From Octopus sinensis (Eukaryota), in assembly GCF_006345805.1 (NCBI RefSeq), contig NC_043009.1, positions 1,426,001 to 1,490,000 of the forward strand: DNA of 64,000 nucleotides, read 5' to 3'. The translations under genes were made by a program, and so were the position numbers. The notes below the pieces were generated by a model. It searched no databases. It had not been told where the DNA came from and saw nothing but the letters and a program-made list of their open reading frames with translations. Positions 11,400-23,600 of this stretch are shown here, one piece after another. Positions within the stretch are counted from its first letter, which is position 1. The number at the start of each line of letters is the position of its first letter.

Positions 11400-11735
11400 G
11401 TAATATGTGACAATTATTCGGTAGCCATGATAAAACTCCGAGTTTCGGATGTTGGGGCGGAAATCTACGCCATCATCTCTTCAGTTATCTGGCCACTGGA
11501 AAAAATGCTATGAAAATGACTGTTAAACGGTCATTTTCATAGCATTTTTTCCGATTTTTTTTTCCGAATAACAGAAGAGATGGCGGTGTGGATTTCCACC
11601 CCGACATCTGAAACTTGGAGTTTTATCATGTTTATCATGGCTACTGAATAATTGTCACATATTACATTTACAGATAAATTCCTTTATTTACATAACATCG
11701 AGGTCTCTTTCCTTCTTTTGTTGTCTTACCATTTC
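11395..11735. mobile_element. fold-back element with a hammerhead motif in each arm (copy 1)
   Basis: Arms about 11395-11520 and 11530-11672, 9-nt loop TGTTAAACG, unique tail to 11735; homologous copy at 48362-48672. Confidence 0.8.
11429..11489 (-). ncRNA. type I hammerhead motif, left arm
   Basis: Minus strand GATAA-CTGAAGA-GATG..CATC-C-GAAAC-TCGGAGT-T-TTATC: stem I GATAA/TTATC, stem III ACTC/GAGT, triplet GTT. Confidence 0.6.
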
Positions 11736-11895
11736 TCATCATCATCATCATCGTTTAACGTCTGCTTTCCATGCTAGCATGGGTTGGACGATTTGACTGA
11801 GGTCTGGCAGACCAGATGGCTACACCAGACTCCAATCTGATCTGGCAGAGTTTCTACAGATGGATGCCTTTCCTAACGCCAACCACTCCAAGAGT
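11736..11895 (-). mobile_element. RTE LINE 3' tail
   Basis: (CAT)n-CGTTTAACGTCTGCTTTCCATGCTAGCATGGGTTGG. Confidence 0.8.
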
Positions 11896-12348
11896 ATCAA
11901 TCTATATATATTGACAGAAATGGCGATTTTTAGCATGTGTGTATATGGGTGGAAATGAGCTGCTTGGTTGGGGGTCTGCACTCTCTGGGTGCTTTTCTAG
12001 TTTATTCACACAATTATAACGAATAATTCTGATAAACAGAACACAAGCAATATTAGCAACCTGAAATGTGCAGAATATATGGCCAGTAAATGGTGGATGT
12101 GTCAAAAAATGTAATCATCTATGCATCTACTGTCACATTTAACATCATGAAGTAAATTACATTGAAATGACAGCAAATCAATTTTTGATGAGCTGTATCA
12201 TGTGTTTAGTGACACACTTATGCAGCTTTTGTAAAATGACAGTCAACTAAAGTTTATCTGCTGGTATGTCTTGGACACACAGTCCAGTATTTACTGTAGC
12301 TTACAGACATGAGAAAAAAAATTCTTTTTGCAAAACACAAAGCATACA

Positions 12349-12470
12349 TTAACCCTTTAGCATTCAAATCAGCCATATCTGGTCTAAATGTTCAACCAGT
12401 TTTATGTTAAAACTGATCAGGTCTGGCTTCTCATACCTACCTTATAATATCTTTCTAAGCAATCATATCA
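12349..12470 (+). mobile_element. piggyBac-like MITE (family F), partial
   Basis: TTAA-CCCTTTAGCATTC terminus; related copies at 21846, 37490, 53028, 55985. Confidence 0.65.
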
Positions 12471-13545
12471 TATACTACAATGCTCTTCCATCTATCTGGT
12501 AGACTTGCAACGCCCCTCTTCCAAAATTCACTTGTTCAAAATGAAAAATACTTGTCCAGTACTGTTCTGGTCTCCTCTACAGAATTCATTTTTCTCCGTT
12601 CAAATGTTTTTGAAGACTGCGGAATAAATGATAATTAGATGGGGCAATATCTGTCGAATATGGTAGGTGGGGTATCGTTTCCCATTCAAACTGCTCCAGC
12701 CTTTGGAATGTCATCCTTGCTGTATGTGGGCGAGCATTATCCTGATGGCAAAACACCTTTCACCTTGAACCCAAGCAGCTCATTTCCACCCAAACACACA
12801 CATGCTTCCTCAATCTGCTCGCAGCAGATCTCCTTTGTCATCATTTGGTCTGGGTTTACCAGTTCAAAGTGGACTAAGCCTTTCACATCCCACCAAACAG
12901 ATAACAACACCTTACGTGGGTTAAGAGCTTCTCTAGCCTGGGATGCCAGTGTTTCTCCTTTCCCTACCCACTGTCTTCAGCACTTGACATATTTATAGAG
13001 AACCCATTTCTCATTACCAGTCAAAAAAGAAAAGGTTCATTCATTAGACGAGATAGCAAAAAAGAGCACACATTCACTCTCTGCACACGATTAGACTCAG
13101 AAAGTTTGTGAGGAACCCATGGACCTAATTTGCTGACTTTTCAGATGGCACCAGGTGTCAATGAATGGTTGAATGACCAAATCCAAGTTTCTCTACTAGT
13201 TCCTTAACAGTTATGATGGAATTTTTTCCACCAGGGTTTGCAGGGCACCCTTGTCGAGCTCTACAGATCTTCCAGAATGAGGCTCATCTTCTAGGCTGTA
13301 GTTTCCCGCTCAGAATTTCTGGAACCACCATTGACACTGGCTTTTGCTTATTGTCCAGTCCCCATATACTGCATTAATACTCCTCACAGTTTCCATTGTG
13401 CTGTTACCTTTATTGAACTCATAAAGCAAAATATGCCGAATATGCTCCTTTGTAACTTCCATTATAGCTTTGAAAAAAAAAAACTTAAAATCGAACTGCA
13501 CTTTTCAAAATTTACACTAAGAATAAGGACAAAGTAAAATTATAA
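12470..13545 (-). pseudogene. degenerate mariner transposase (near full length)
   Basis: Minus frames: MEVTKEHIRHILLYEFNKG (N-term), WVPHKL, TGNEKW, HQDNARPH, YSTDIAPSNYHLFRSL; stops and frameshifts; no TIR pair found. Confidence 0.9.
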
Positions 13546-13649
13546 CCAGCTTATATAGCAAGTTGATGCAGGTAGTATATCCCAGCCTCCTACACCCCAA
13601 AAATATGAAAGACAAAGTTCACCTTGGCAGAATTTGAACTGAGAATGTA

Positions 13650-13682
<33 letters not shown>

Positions 13683-13683
13683 C

Positions 13684-14245
13684 GCCCAGATACAGTATTT
13701 GGCAGTGGCCCTTATGGCTTCTGATCTTAACTAATTGAAAGTGTTATCATGTACATTGTTTTGTCTTGGTTTAAAAAGATGGGCTACAGCAAATATTCTG
13801 CTCAATACCACAGATTTGCTTGTCAGTTGTTTGACCATAACCAGTTGACCATGTCCCTTGGTGGCTGACGATATACACATCTCTGATCACGAGCAGAAAT
13901 AGTGGGGGTGGGGGCGTCATAGCCATGTCTTGACAGGAATTATTTGGGGTTTGGATAATTCCCCTCTTGAAACATGGGTATTTTGTTCAACATCCACAAA
14001 CAACCCTTATTCAGGGATCTTTTGAGTGGGGTAAGCTATTCAACCTGAAGAAAATTCTAACTGGGCCCCACCTGCAAAGTCATGCACTGTTTATCTTGAT
14101 ATGAGATCACCATGTCGCACACATATGGTTGTGATGCATGTGCCTGGTATACCCTTCTCAGACGGGTAGTCATGATGGGTATACTGGGCTTTGTATATTT
14201 TACCCCAGCTCCACTTTGATGGCATGCACTGCTCTCTCACTCAAC
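13684..14245 (+). mobile_element. about 560-bp non-coding retroposon (family H) between (AAT)n tracts
   Basis: Preceded by (AAT)11, followed by AAT repeats; homologous copies at 31340-31900 and 48240-48362. Confidence 0.75.
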
Positions 14246-14261
14246 AATGATAATAATAATA

Positions 14262-14413
14262 ATCCTTTCTACTGTAAGCTGAAGGCCTGAGATTGCAAGG
14301 GAGGACACGAGTCGATTGCATTGGTGCCAGTGCTCGACTGATACTTATTTCATCAACCCCAAAAAAGGATGAAAGACAAAGTTGACTTCAGCAGAATTTG
14401 AACTGAGAATGTA

Positions 14414-14454
<41 letters not shown>

Positions 14455-14640
14455 TAATCCTTTCTATTGTAGGTACAAGGCCTGAAATTATTGGGGAGAA
14501 GGGGACAGTCAATTACATCAACCCTGAAAAGATGAAAGGCAAAGTTGACCTTGGTGGAATTTGAACTTAGAACAAAGATGGGCAAAATACTGTTAAGCAC
14601 TTTCTTCAGCATGCTAATGATTCTACCAGTTCACTGCCTT
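14262..14640 (-). mobile_element. two tandem SINE B copies separated by (AAT)n
   Basis: AATCCTTTCTA..GGCCTGAAATT tails and GAATTTGAAC B box, twice. Confidence 0.75.
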
Positions 14641-15898
14641 TTTGATACTCACATGGCTTTGGTTGGCCTAGGGCTATATTTGAAGACACTTTGCCTAAGG
14701 TTTCAGGAGATATTAAAAAGAAGAGGAAAAGAACTTGATATTTATGAAAGTCAAGATGTTCTGATCTGAATAGATGTGGTTGGCATATCTACAATGATTT
14801 ATAGAGGGAGAGAGAGAGAGGGAGAGAGAGAGGGAGAGAGTGAGAGAGGTGGAGAGAGAGAGAGGGAGAGAGTGAGAGAGGTGGAGAGAGAGAGAGTGAC
14901 TGCTGCTGTATTTAAAGAGCAGATTTTCCTCAGTCCATTGCTGATGTAGTAGAGGAATGCATTCTGCGTTTAATACTGAGGGTAGAAGGGAACATTATGA
15001 GTAATGCTTTCTTGATGAAGGTGGTGGTGGTGGTAGGGGGGGACTCTTAAATGAAAATATAATAAATAAAATTTTGGAAAGAAAACAATCTTTTTTTATC
15101 TTGATGTCTTAATAAAAATCTAGTTACATGAAAGAAAAATTTTTTTTTATTTTTTTAAAAACCGGTAAAAACTTAAGAAATGAAGTGAAATGAAATTGAA
15201 GAATATCAGAAAGTGAAAGAGAAGAATTAAAGAGGAAATTTCATGAAAAGTTCTCTCTTCTGAAGCAGATCCGATCACGTCCATTATGAATTTTATACAA
15301 TATTCTTTATAGCAACAAGCGGCATCTCAGCTTCTGGTCTGCGATGCTAAGATTACATCGATGGAGAATTCAGGAATTTTTATTATTACTATCAAGTCAG
15401 GCACCGATCTTTCCCCCATTCCTGCTTCCTCACTATATCCTCCTATCTCTCACTGCTACTTTTATTTTCCTCTCTCCTCCCCCTATTACTCTCTCTCTCT
15501 CTCTCTCTCAAAATACATCAACGCCATTCACCAACAAATGGCTAACAACATCAATGCACGGGGAAAGCTGGATTTTTGTGTGAGTCTGAAAAGGGAAAGA
15601 GCTGCAGCTATTGAATATTGCACAAGAATCAATACATATAGATCACAGCGTATCACATCAGACGGCAACTGTCAAAAATGGTGCTCGGTACGGGGGAGTG
15701 GGGCTTGCTGGCAAAACAAGGAGGAAAAAAAAAAGAAAAAACTCATTTTGTTATCGTATTGTTTCTGTCCTCAGTTTAGCTACAATTCCTATAAATTTGT
15801 CAATGTGTCTGTAAATATATGTGCATGTGTGTGTGTATGTATGTATATATATATACATTTGTATGTGTGTGTATATATAGATATATTTGTGTGCACAT

Positions 15899-15941
<43 letters not shown>

Positions 15942-16116
15942 TATATATATGTGAATCTGGAGATACAAATAGGAAAACAGAAGGCAAAACAAATATAAAT
16001 TTTTTTATTATTAATCAGAAGTTTAGAGTGACTCAAGAGCTTAGAGTTTCATATATTTACCAATGAGTCATGCTGTAACTTCTAATTATTGTGTGTGTGT
16101 GTGTGTGTGTGTGTGA

Positions 16117-16155
<39 letters not shown>

Positions 16156-16316
16156 GTGTATATTCCCATGTGTGTACATATACACACACAATCATATATA
16201 TATATATGTGTGTGTGGGTGGGAGAGGCATGTGCATAAATGGTGAGGAGTACCCTATACATATCTTTTGTCTTGATCAAAATCTTAAGTTCCCATCATGC
16301 TTTCTGTTCATATCAA

Positions 16317-16358
<42 letters not shown>

Positions 16359-16654
16359 TGTACATTTATTATTTCTGCTGTCTTTGTTATTCCCATCATT
16401 CATTTTGAATACACACACACACACCTCATAATGTAATAATTTTAAAGCATAAACTAGTATATGTTATATAAAGAGCAAACGTTATTTTATACACAACTCA
16501 GTACTAGAGGAAAATTGGTTGTGTGTGTGCGTGTGTATGTGTGTTTGTCTATGTATATGTATGTGTGTGTGTATATATATATTATATATACACACACACA
16601 CACACAACATCAAATTCGAATCAAACCACAATTAAATGGAAATTGTAGTGGTGG

Positions 16655-17040
16655 CTGATGCCAGTGCTGCCTGTCTGGCTCCCCGTGCCAGTGGCATGTA
16701 TAAAGCACCATTCGAATGTGGTCGATGCCAGCCACCTCACACCGACTGGCTACTGTGCCAGTGGCATGCAAAAAGCACCATCCAAACGTGGCCAATGCCA
16801 GCACTGCTTTGACTGGCTTCCATGCCAGTGGCATGTAAAAGCACCATCCAAATGTGGTTAATGCCAGTCCCCTCTGGCCCCCTGTGCCAGTCGCACATAA
16901 AAAGCACCCACTACACTCCTGGAGTGGTTGGTGCTAAGAAGAGCATCGAGCAGTAGAAACACTGCCAGATCAGACTGGAGCCTGGTGCAGCCTCCTGGCT
17001 TCCCAGACCCCAGTCAAATCATCCAACCCATGCCAGCATA
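16655..17040 (+). mobile_element. RTE LINE 3' UTR with four about 65-bp units
   Basis: 4x GCCAG..CTGGC..TGCCAGTGGCA..AAAGCACC, then AGCACCCACTACACTC..CCAACCCATGCCAGCAT. Confidence 0.75.
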
Positions 17041-17200
17041 CAATGGGCTTCTTTCAGTTTCTACCAAATCTACTTGCAAGGCTTTGGTCAGCCTGAGGCT
17101 ATGGTAGAAGACATTTGCCAAAGGTTCTATGCAGTGGGACTGAACCCCAGAACCATGTGACCAAGAAGCAAGCCTCCTACCACACAACCTCTCCTGTGAC

Positions 17201-17231
<31 letters not shown>

Positions 17232-17954
17232 ATCAATTATTAAGGTGACTATTCGCAATTTACAACCAAAAGGCAACAAATAGGGTCATCACTAAAGTGA
17301 CGGAGAGTTCTAGTGGGCACCGGCATTGCTTGCTTCCCAACCACATGGTTCTGGGTTGGGTCAATGAATCCCACTGCATTGTAACTTAGCAGTTCAGCAA
17401 AGAGGTCAATAGAATAAATACAAGGCTTAAAAATATAAAGTACTGGGGCTGATTTGTTCAACTGAGACCCTTCAAGACGGTGCCCCAGCATGGCCACAGT
17501 CAAATGACTGAAACAAGTAAAAGGCACACATATATTTATCTGTGTGTGTGCACATACATACATATGCACACACACACACATACATACATACAGACTGATA
17601 CTTGTACACAAACATGAATTCAAGGAACACATTCTGCACATGCACAAATCTATGACCAAACGGAAAGCATGATGGTGCAATGGAAAGAATTCTCATTATT
17701 TTGATCTAGATGAGTGATTATCACAAGCCACATGACAGTATTCACTTTCTGCATACGTGTATACACACACGCACACACACATTGGTATACAGTCTTCGTT
17801 ATAAGAAGATAAAGAAGCTGCGATGGGAAACAGATTTGTAGGAATTAGATCCAGATGAAAGGGCTTTTTTTTCTATCAAAATGATCATCTAAGATACGTC
17901 CATGTTCACACACACACATGCAAAGATAGGTACACATATATTAGGCAGAGTAAC

Positions 17955-18368
17955 CACGTGGTTCTGTGTTCAGACCCACTAAGTAGCATCTTGGGCAAGT
18001 GTCTTCTCCTGTAGCCTTGGGTTGACCAAATCCTCATGAGTTGATTTGGTAGGCAGAAACTGAAAGGCGGCAAGCTGGCAGAAACGTTAGCACGCCGGGC
18101 GAAATGCTTAGCGGTATTTTGTTTGCCACTACATTCTGAGTTCAAATTCCGCCGAGGTCGACTTTGTTTTTCATCCTTTCAGGGTCGATTAAATAAGTAC
18201 CAGTTACACACTGGGGTCGATACAATCGACCATCCATTTGTTTGTCCTTGTTTGTCCCTTCTGTGTGTAACCCCTTGTGGGCAGTTAAAAAAATAAACTG
18301 AAAGAAGCCTGTTGAGTGTGTGTGTGTGTGCGTATATATACATATATGTATATGTGTATGCATATATA

Positions 18369-18408
<40 letters not shown>

Positions 18409-18630
18409 AGATATGTGTGCATGTGTATGTACCTTTGTGTTTGTCCCCCACCACTGATTGATGAATGGTTTGTTTACATCCCTGTAACTTAGCAGTTCAG
18501 CAAAGGAGACTGATAGGATAAATACCATGCTTTGAAAAGAAAAAGGACCGGGGGTTGATTCATAATTAAATTTCTTCAGGGTGGTGCCCCAGCATGGTCG
18601 CAATCTAATGACTGAAACAAGTAAAAGATA
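17955..18630. mobile_element. SINE A sequences with nested SINE B
   Basis: A blocks (mixed orientation) on both sides of the insertion. Confidence 0.65.
18067..18294 (+). mobile_element. SINE B, tail type 1, with 10-bp TSD
   Basis: TSD AAACTGAAAG at 18057-18066 and 18295-18304; head GCAAGCTGGCAGAAACGTTAGC, B box GAGTTCAAATTCC. Confidence 0.9.
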
Positions 18631-19034
18631 AAAGATTTTTGCATAAATGCCATGGCTGTGTGATTAAGAATCTCACTTTGCAATGGTGTTGTTTCAAGTT
18701 CAGTCCCACTGCATGGCACCTTGGGCAAGTTATCTTTTACCATATCCCACAACACACACACAGAGCTTATATCTTATCTGTTAAATGTTGCAGCCATTGG
18801 GCTATGGCCATGCTAGAGCACCGCCTTGAAGAGTTTTAGTCGAACAAATTGACTTCAGTATCTATTTCTTTAAGTTTAGTACTCACTGTATCAATCTCTT
18901 GCCAGACTGCTAACTTAGGGGATGTAAACAAACCAACACTGGTTGTCAAGTGGTGGTGGTGGTGGAACAAACACAACACACAAACACACACATGCATATA
19001 TGTATTTATACACAGTCAAGTATATGTCTGATAA

Positions 19035-19099
19035 TAGTGTGACCAATGGTTTTTGCATCCATAAAGTGCTTAGCTTTATGGACGATTCATCAGATTCTA
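19035..19099 (-). ncRNA. decayed hammerhead-like motif
   Basis: CTGATGA, 11-bp stem II, AAAA in place of GAAA, stem III ACC/GGT, triplet GTC, stem I 4 of 6 pairs. Confidence 0.35.
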
Positions 19100-19301
19100 A
19101 TGGCGAAGGGCATATACCTCTTCAAACTGTGGAGGTAGAATTCTGTTATGGTCAGTTAGTAAACAAAGAATAAACCCCAAAATCAACCTTGTGGGTCAGC
19201 AAGGACAGGTTATCTCCATGAGTTGAGTTCAGTTGGCAGACTATACAGGCTAAAATGGCAGACAGGGAACTCTGCCCATATATATATATATAGATATATA
19301 T

Positions 19302-19358
<57 letters not shown>

Positions 19359-19639
19359 CAGGCTTCTACAGTTTCCATCTGTCAAATTTACTCATAAGGT
19401 ACTGGCTGACCTAGGGCTATAGCAGAAGATAATCACCCAAGGGTCCATGCAGTGAGACTGAACTTGAAATGCCACAGTTGTAAAGTGAGCTATGAAGTGT
19501 GTGTGTGAATATGGATGCAATTTAGAAGCTGGTCATTTAGATAATAAAATTTTTCATCTGGATTTAATTTGTGTGAATCTGTTTCTCATCACAATTTCTG
19601 TTCCTTCTGATAATGAAGACTGTATATATGTAACTATAC

Positions 19640-19678
<39 letters not shown>

Positions 19679-20266
19679 ATGCTCACATAAAAAGGGAGTG
19701 CTGGCATTTATGGATTATAATAATCACTCATCTAGATCAAAATTACGAGAATTCTTGCCATCATGCCTTCTCTATGATCATAGATTTGTGCCTTCGTGTG
19801 CATTCGTGTACATGTATAGAATCTGTATATCTTTATATGTATATATATATAAATAAATGTATGGATGTTATGAGTAATCATGCTCCATATGCAAGTGTAC
19901 ATGCACATGCAAGTGTATGCATATATTTATATGTATTTTACCATATAAATATGCAATGCTTTTGAGTGTATGTATGCATATATGTAAGGATTGTCCCATG
20001 TGGTTTTCATTTTAGGAGGAGGAGAACTAGAGAGCTATTAAAGGGAGGTTATACCTGCAGCATTCAACATGCTGATCAATTAATCATATCCCAGCATGTT
20101 TTACCTAAATATTTTCGGCAGAGTTATTACTTGCTTTGAAATATGAAATAAATCAGACTAACGTCCGTTTGATGGTTTAGTCTTTGTTCATTATCAGAGC
20201 TAGGCTTGCCAGATTAAGCTACAAATCTTGAATTACTGTAGCTTTCAGGACTGCACACTGCACAAG

Positions 20267-20316
20267 CAGCAGCAGCAGCAACAACAACAACAACAACAAC
20301 AACAGCAACAGCAACA

Positions 20317-20410
<94 letters not shown>
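20267..20410 (+). repeat. compound (CAG)/(CAA) microsatellite, 48 triplets
   Basis: Direct reading. Confidence 0.95.
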
Positions 20411-20888
20411 CTATTATTAATTTGGACTACTGGTTACCTTACAATTTTAACTGTAAGTATTCTATTGAATACCATATGAAAATACTGACTTTGTAAATTT
20501 GAACAGACCAACAGGTAAAGTTTCGTGTGTTTGTGAGACCATCGTTTTTTGACAACCTCCTTTCCATCCTTGCATGGATCAAATGGAGTTTATTGAGGTT
20601 AGATTTTCTACAGCCCGCTGCCCTTCTAGTCACTGGCCCTCACTTGTTTTGAAACAAAGTAGTATTTCCCCATGGCCAGATATTTTATATATAGATTTGT
20701 GACTATTCAGTGGTACAGAAGTATTTTTTGACTTCTATTTTTAGCAATATAGGAACACATGTAGTACCCTTGTGTATATATGGACATATCTAATATTGTA
20801 TGTATTTTATTAACTTGCCTGTATGGCTGATAATACGCTTACCACTCGTGATGGTATTTTAATATCATCCCTATATAATTATTTATAC

Positions 20889-20929
<41 letters not shown>

Positions 20930-20932
<3 letters not shown>

Positions 20933-21225
20933 CAGGCACGGATGTATGGTAAGAAGCTTTTTTCCCAACCACATGGTTCAGGTTTCAGTCCCACTGCGTG
21001 GCACCTTGGGCAAGTGTCTTCTACTATAGCCTCAGACTGACCAAAGCCTTGTGAGTGGATTTGGTAGATGGAAACTGAATGAAGTCCATTGTGTGTGTGT
21101 ATACATATGGACGTGCTAGATTTACGAAGAATAAGTCTTGGGGTCGATTTGACTACAACCCTTTAAGGCAATGCTCCAGCATGGCCACAGTCAAATGACT
21201 GAAACAAGTAAAAGAATAAAAGAAT
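20930..21225 (+). mobile_element. SINE A1 with internal deletion
   Basis: Head GTGCAGGCACGGATGTATGGTAAGAAGC and tail CAGTCAAATGACTGAAACAAGTAAAAGA. Confidence 0.8.
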
Positions 21226-21627
21226 ATATCATCATCATCATCATTCCAATGTTCACTTTACTATTCTTGCAGGTGATTTCACTGAGCCAGATTTTCTACA
21301 GCCAAAGACACCGTTCCTGTCACCAACTCTCATCAGCTTCCAAGCACATCAGTAATTTGCCCATGGTCAGACATGTTATTTGCAGGGTACTAGAAGTGAA
21401 TAACACTGCTTGTATGACAGTCATAGTTTAGAATTGTTTTGGAATGTCATATCAAGGAGATACAACCATACACTTGATTATTTCAACCCCCGTACTTGAC
21501 TGATACTTCTGTTTTGTAGATCCTGGAAGAATGAAAGACAAAATTGTCTTTTTTTTAGGAATTGAGCTCAAGGACAAAGCAAAGTATTTCTTTCTGACAA
21601 ACAGCTTTCCTTAATCTTTTAGCATTG

Positions 21628-21845
21628 AGAATATTCTTTTCTACTCTAGACACAAGTCCCGAAATTTTGGGGAAGGGGGCAGTCGATTAGATCAACCCCC
21701 GTACCCAACTGTTGCTTAATTTATCGACTCCGAAAGGATGAAAAGCAAAGTTGACCTCAGCGGAATTTGAACTCAGAATGTAAAGACAGATGAAATAGTG
21801 CTAAGTGTTTCGCCCACCAAGCTAACGTTTCTGCCAGCTTACAGC
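21628..21845 (-). mobile_element. SINE B, tail type 2
   Basis: ATTCTTTTCTACT tail through TTCTGCCAGCTT head. Confidence 0.8.
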
Positions 21846-22029
21846 CTTAGCATTCAGAATATATTCTATTAAATGTAATGCTAACTTACATTATTTCATA
21901 TTTATCATTATTTTGTAGCTCTGAGATTTCAATGATGGTTTTTAGGCATGAGAGGCTGGATTTGGCCAGTTTGAATATAAAATTGGCAGAATATTTTGAC
22001 CGGATATGGCCAGTTTAAGTGCTAAGGGG
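21846..22029 (-). mobile_element. piggyBac-like MITE (family F)
   Basis: TTAGCATTC at left, GCTAAGGGG-TTAA at right. Confidence 0.65.
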
Positions 22030-22289
22030 TTAAAGAACTATAATAATAATGGTTTCTAATTTCATAATATCACAACAACAATGATTACTAATAACAGCGC
22101 AAGGGTATGAGTTTTTGTGAGAGGGTGTAACCCCTTAAAATCAATCCGGGTAGCTGACTGTCATTTATGATAATTGGTTTTAAACCCAAGACAAGGCCAC
22201 CCCTAATGAGACTTGAATTTAGAAAGGGGAAAAGAAGGTTCTAGCTTGTAGGAAAGCCTTCTCGCCTTCTTATGCAACTATGAGTGTGT

Positions 22290-22343
22290 ATGGATGGATG
22301 GATAGGTAGATAGACAGATGGATGGATAGAAAGATGGATAGAC

Positions 22344-22399
<56 letters not shown>

Positions 22400-22600
22400 G
22401 GATAGATTCATAGATAGATGGATAGATAGATGGATAGATTCATAGAAAGATGGATAGACAGATAGATAGATAGATGGATGGATAGATAGATGGATGGATA
22501 GATAGAAGGATGGATAGATAGATGGATGGATAGATGGATGGATAGATAGATGGATGGATAGATAGATGGATAGATTCATAGACAGATGGATTGATAGATG
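22290..22600. repeat. (GATA)/(GGAT) tetranucleotide array
   Basis: Direct reading. Confidence 0.95.
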
Positions 22601-23040
22601 CAGGTGTTGCTGTGTGGTAAGAAGCTTGATTTCCAACCACATAGTTATGGTTTCAGTCCTATTGCATGGCACCCTGGGCAAGTGTCTTCTATTATGGCCT
22701 CAGGCTGACCAAAACCTTATGAGTGGATTTTGCAAACGGAAACTGAAACAACCTCATCGTGTGTGTGTGTGTGTGTGTGTCTGTGCGTGCGTGTTTTTCC
22801 CTCTGCCATTGCTTGACAGCTGATGCTGGTGTGTTTATGTTCCTGTAACTTAGTGGTTCAGCAAAAAAGAACAATAGAGTAAAAGAGAACGATATATTTA
22901 TATATAGGTGTAGGTTGCTCTCCAGCCTTGTGGTCCCTGGTTCAGTCCCACTGCATGGCACCATGGGCAAGTGTCTTCTACTATAGCCCTGGATTAACCA
23001 AAGCCTTGTAAGTAGATTTGGTAGATGGAAATTGAAAGAA
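22600..23040. mobile_element. two SINE A copies in opposite orientation
   Basis: Plus copy 22600-22870; minus-side fragments to 23040 with GGCAAGTGTCTTCTA blocks. Confidence 0.6.
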
Positions 23041-23249
23041 TACCTGGTCACACACACACACACAACACACACACGTGTGTGTGTGTGTGTGTGTGTGTGT
23101 ACCGTTGTCTTGACATGGTGTGATGATTTTAAATGAGCATCAATGTATGTAGGCGTGTTTATGTGTGTGTGTACATGAAGAACAGGCATTTATATCACTC
23201 TCCCAGTAATCATTCAAGTGGATCACATATTCTTAGAAATTATTCCTTT

Positions 23250-23600
23250 TCTGCTTCAATAAATACAAGCAAAGAGAAGGAGGAGAAACAAAGGAGGAGG
23301 TGGTGAAGAAAATAGAGGAAGAGGAGGAGGAAGAGAAGGAGAAGAAAAGGAAGACAAGGAGAGGAAAAGAAAAGGAAGAGGAGAGGAAGAAAAAGAGGAA
23401 GATAAGGAGAGCAAGAGAAAGAGGAAGATAAGGAGAGCAAGAGAAAGAGGAGGAAGAATAGGAGGAGGAAAAGAAGCAGAAAAGAAGGAAAAGGAGGAAG
23501 AGGCAGAAGCTGAAGAAGAAGTAGGGGGAGGAAGAAGAGGGAGGGATAAGAATGAGGAAGAAGACAGAGGGAGAAGAAGAAGAAGAAGATGGAGGAGAAG
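23250..23600. repeat. purine-rich (GAA/GGA) low-complexity tract
   Basis: Direct reading. Confidence 0.9.

Noticed and set aside
11566-11627. Right-arm hammerhead of fold-back copy 1 as an active ribozyme
   Set aside because: The core reads CAGAAGA (U4 to A) and stem I is altered.
15508-15585. Minus-strand acceptor followed by an ankyrin-like peptide IDVVSHLLVNGVDV
   Set aside because: No TPLH motif, an immediate stop and no convincing donor; probably chance.
16655-16910. CRISPR-like repeat-spacer appearance of the 65-bp units
   Set aside because: The units are degenerate whole-unit tandem repeats in an RTE UTR, with no unique spacers and no cas genes, in a eukaryotic context.
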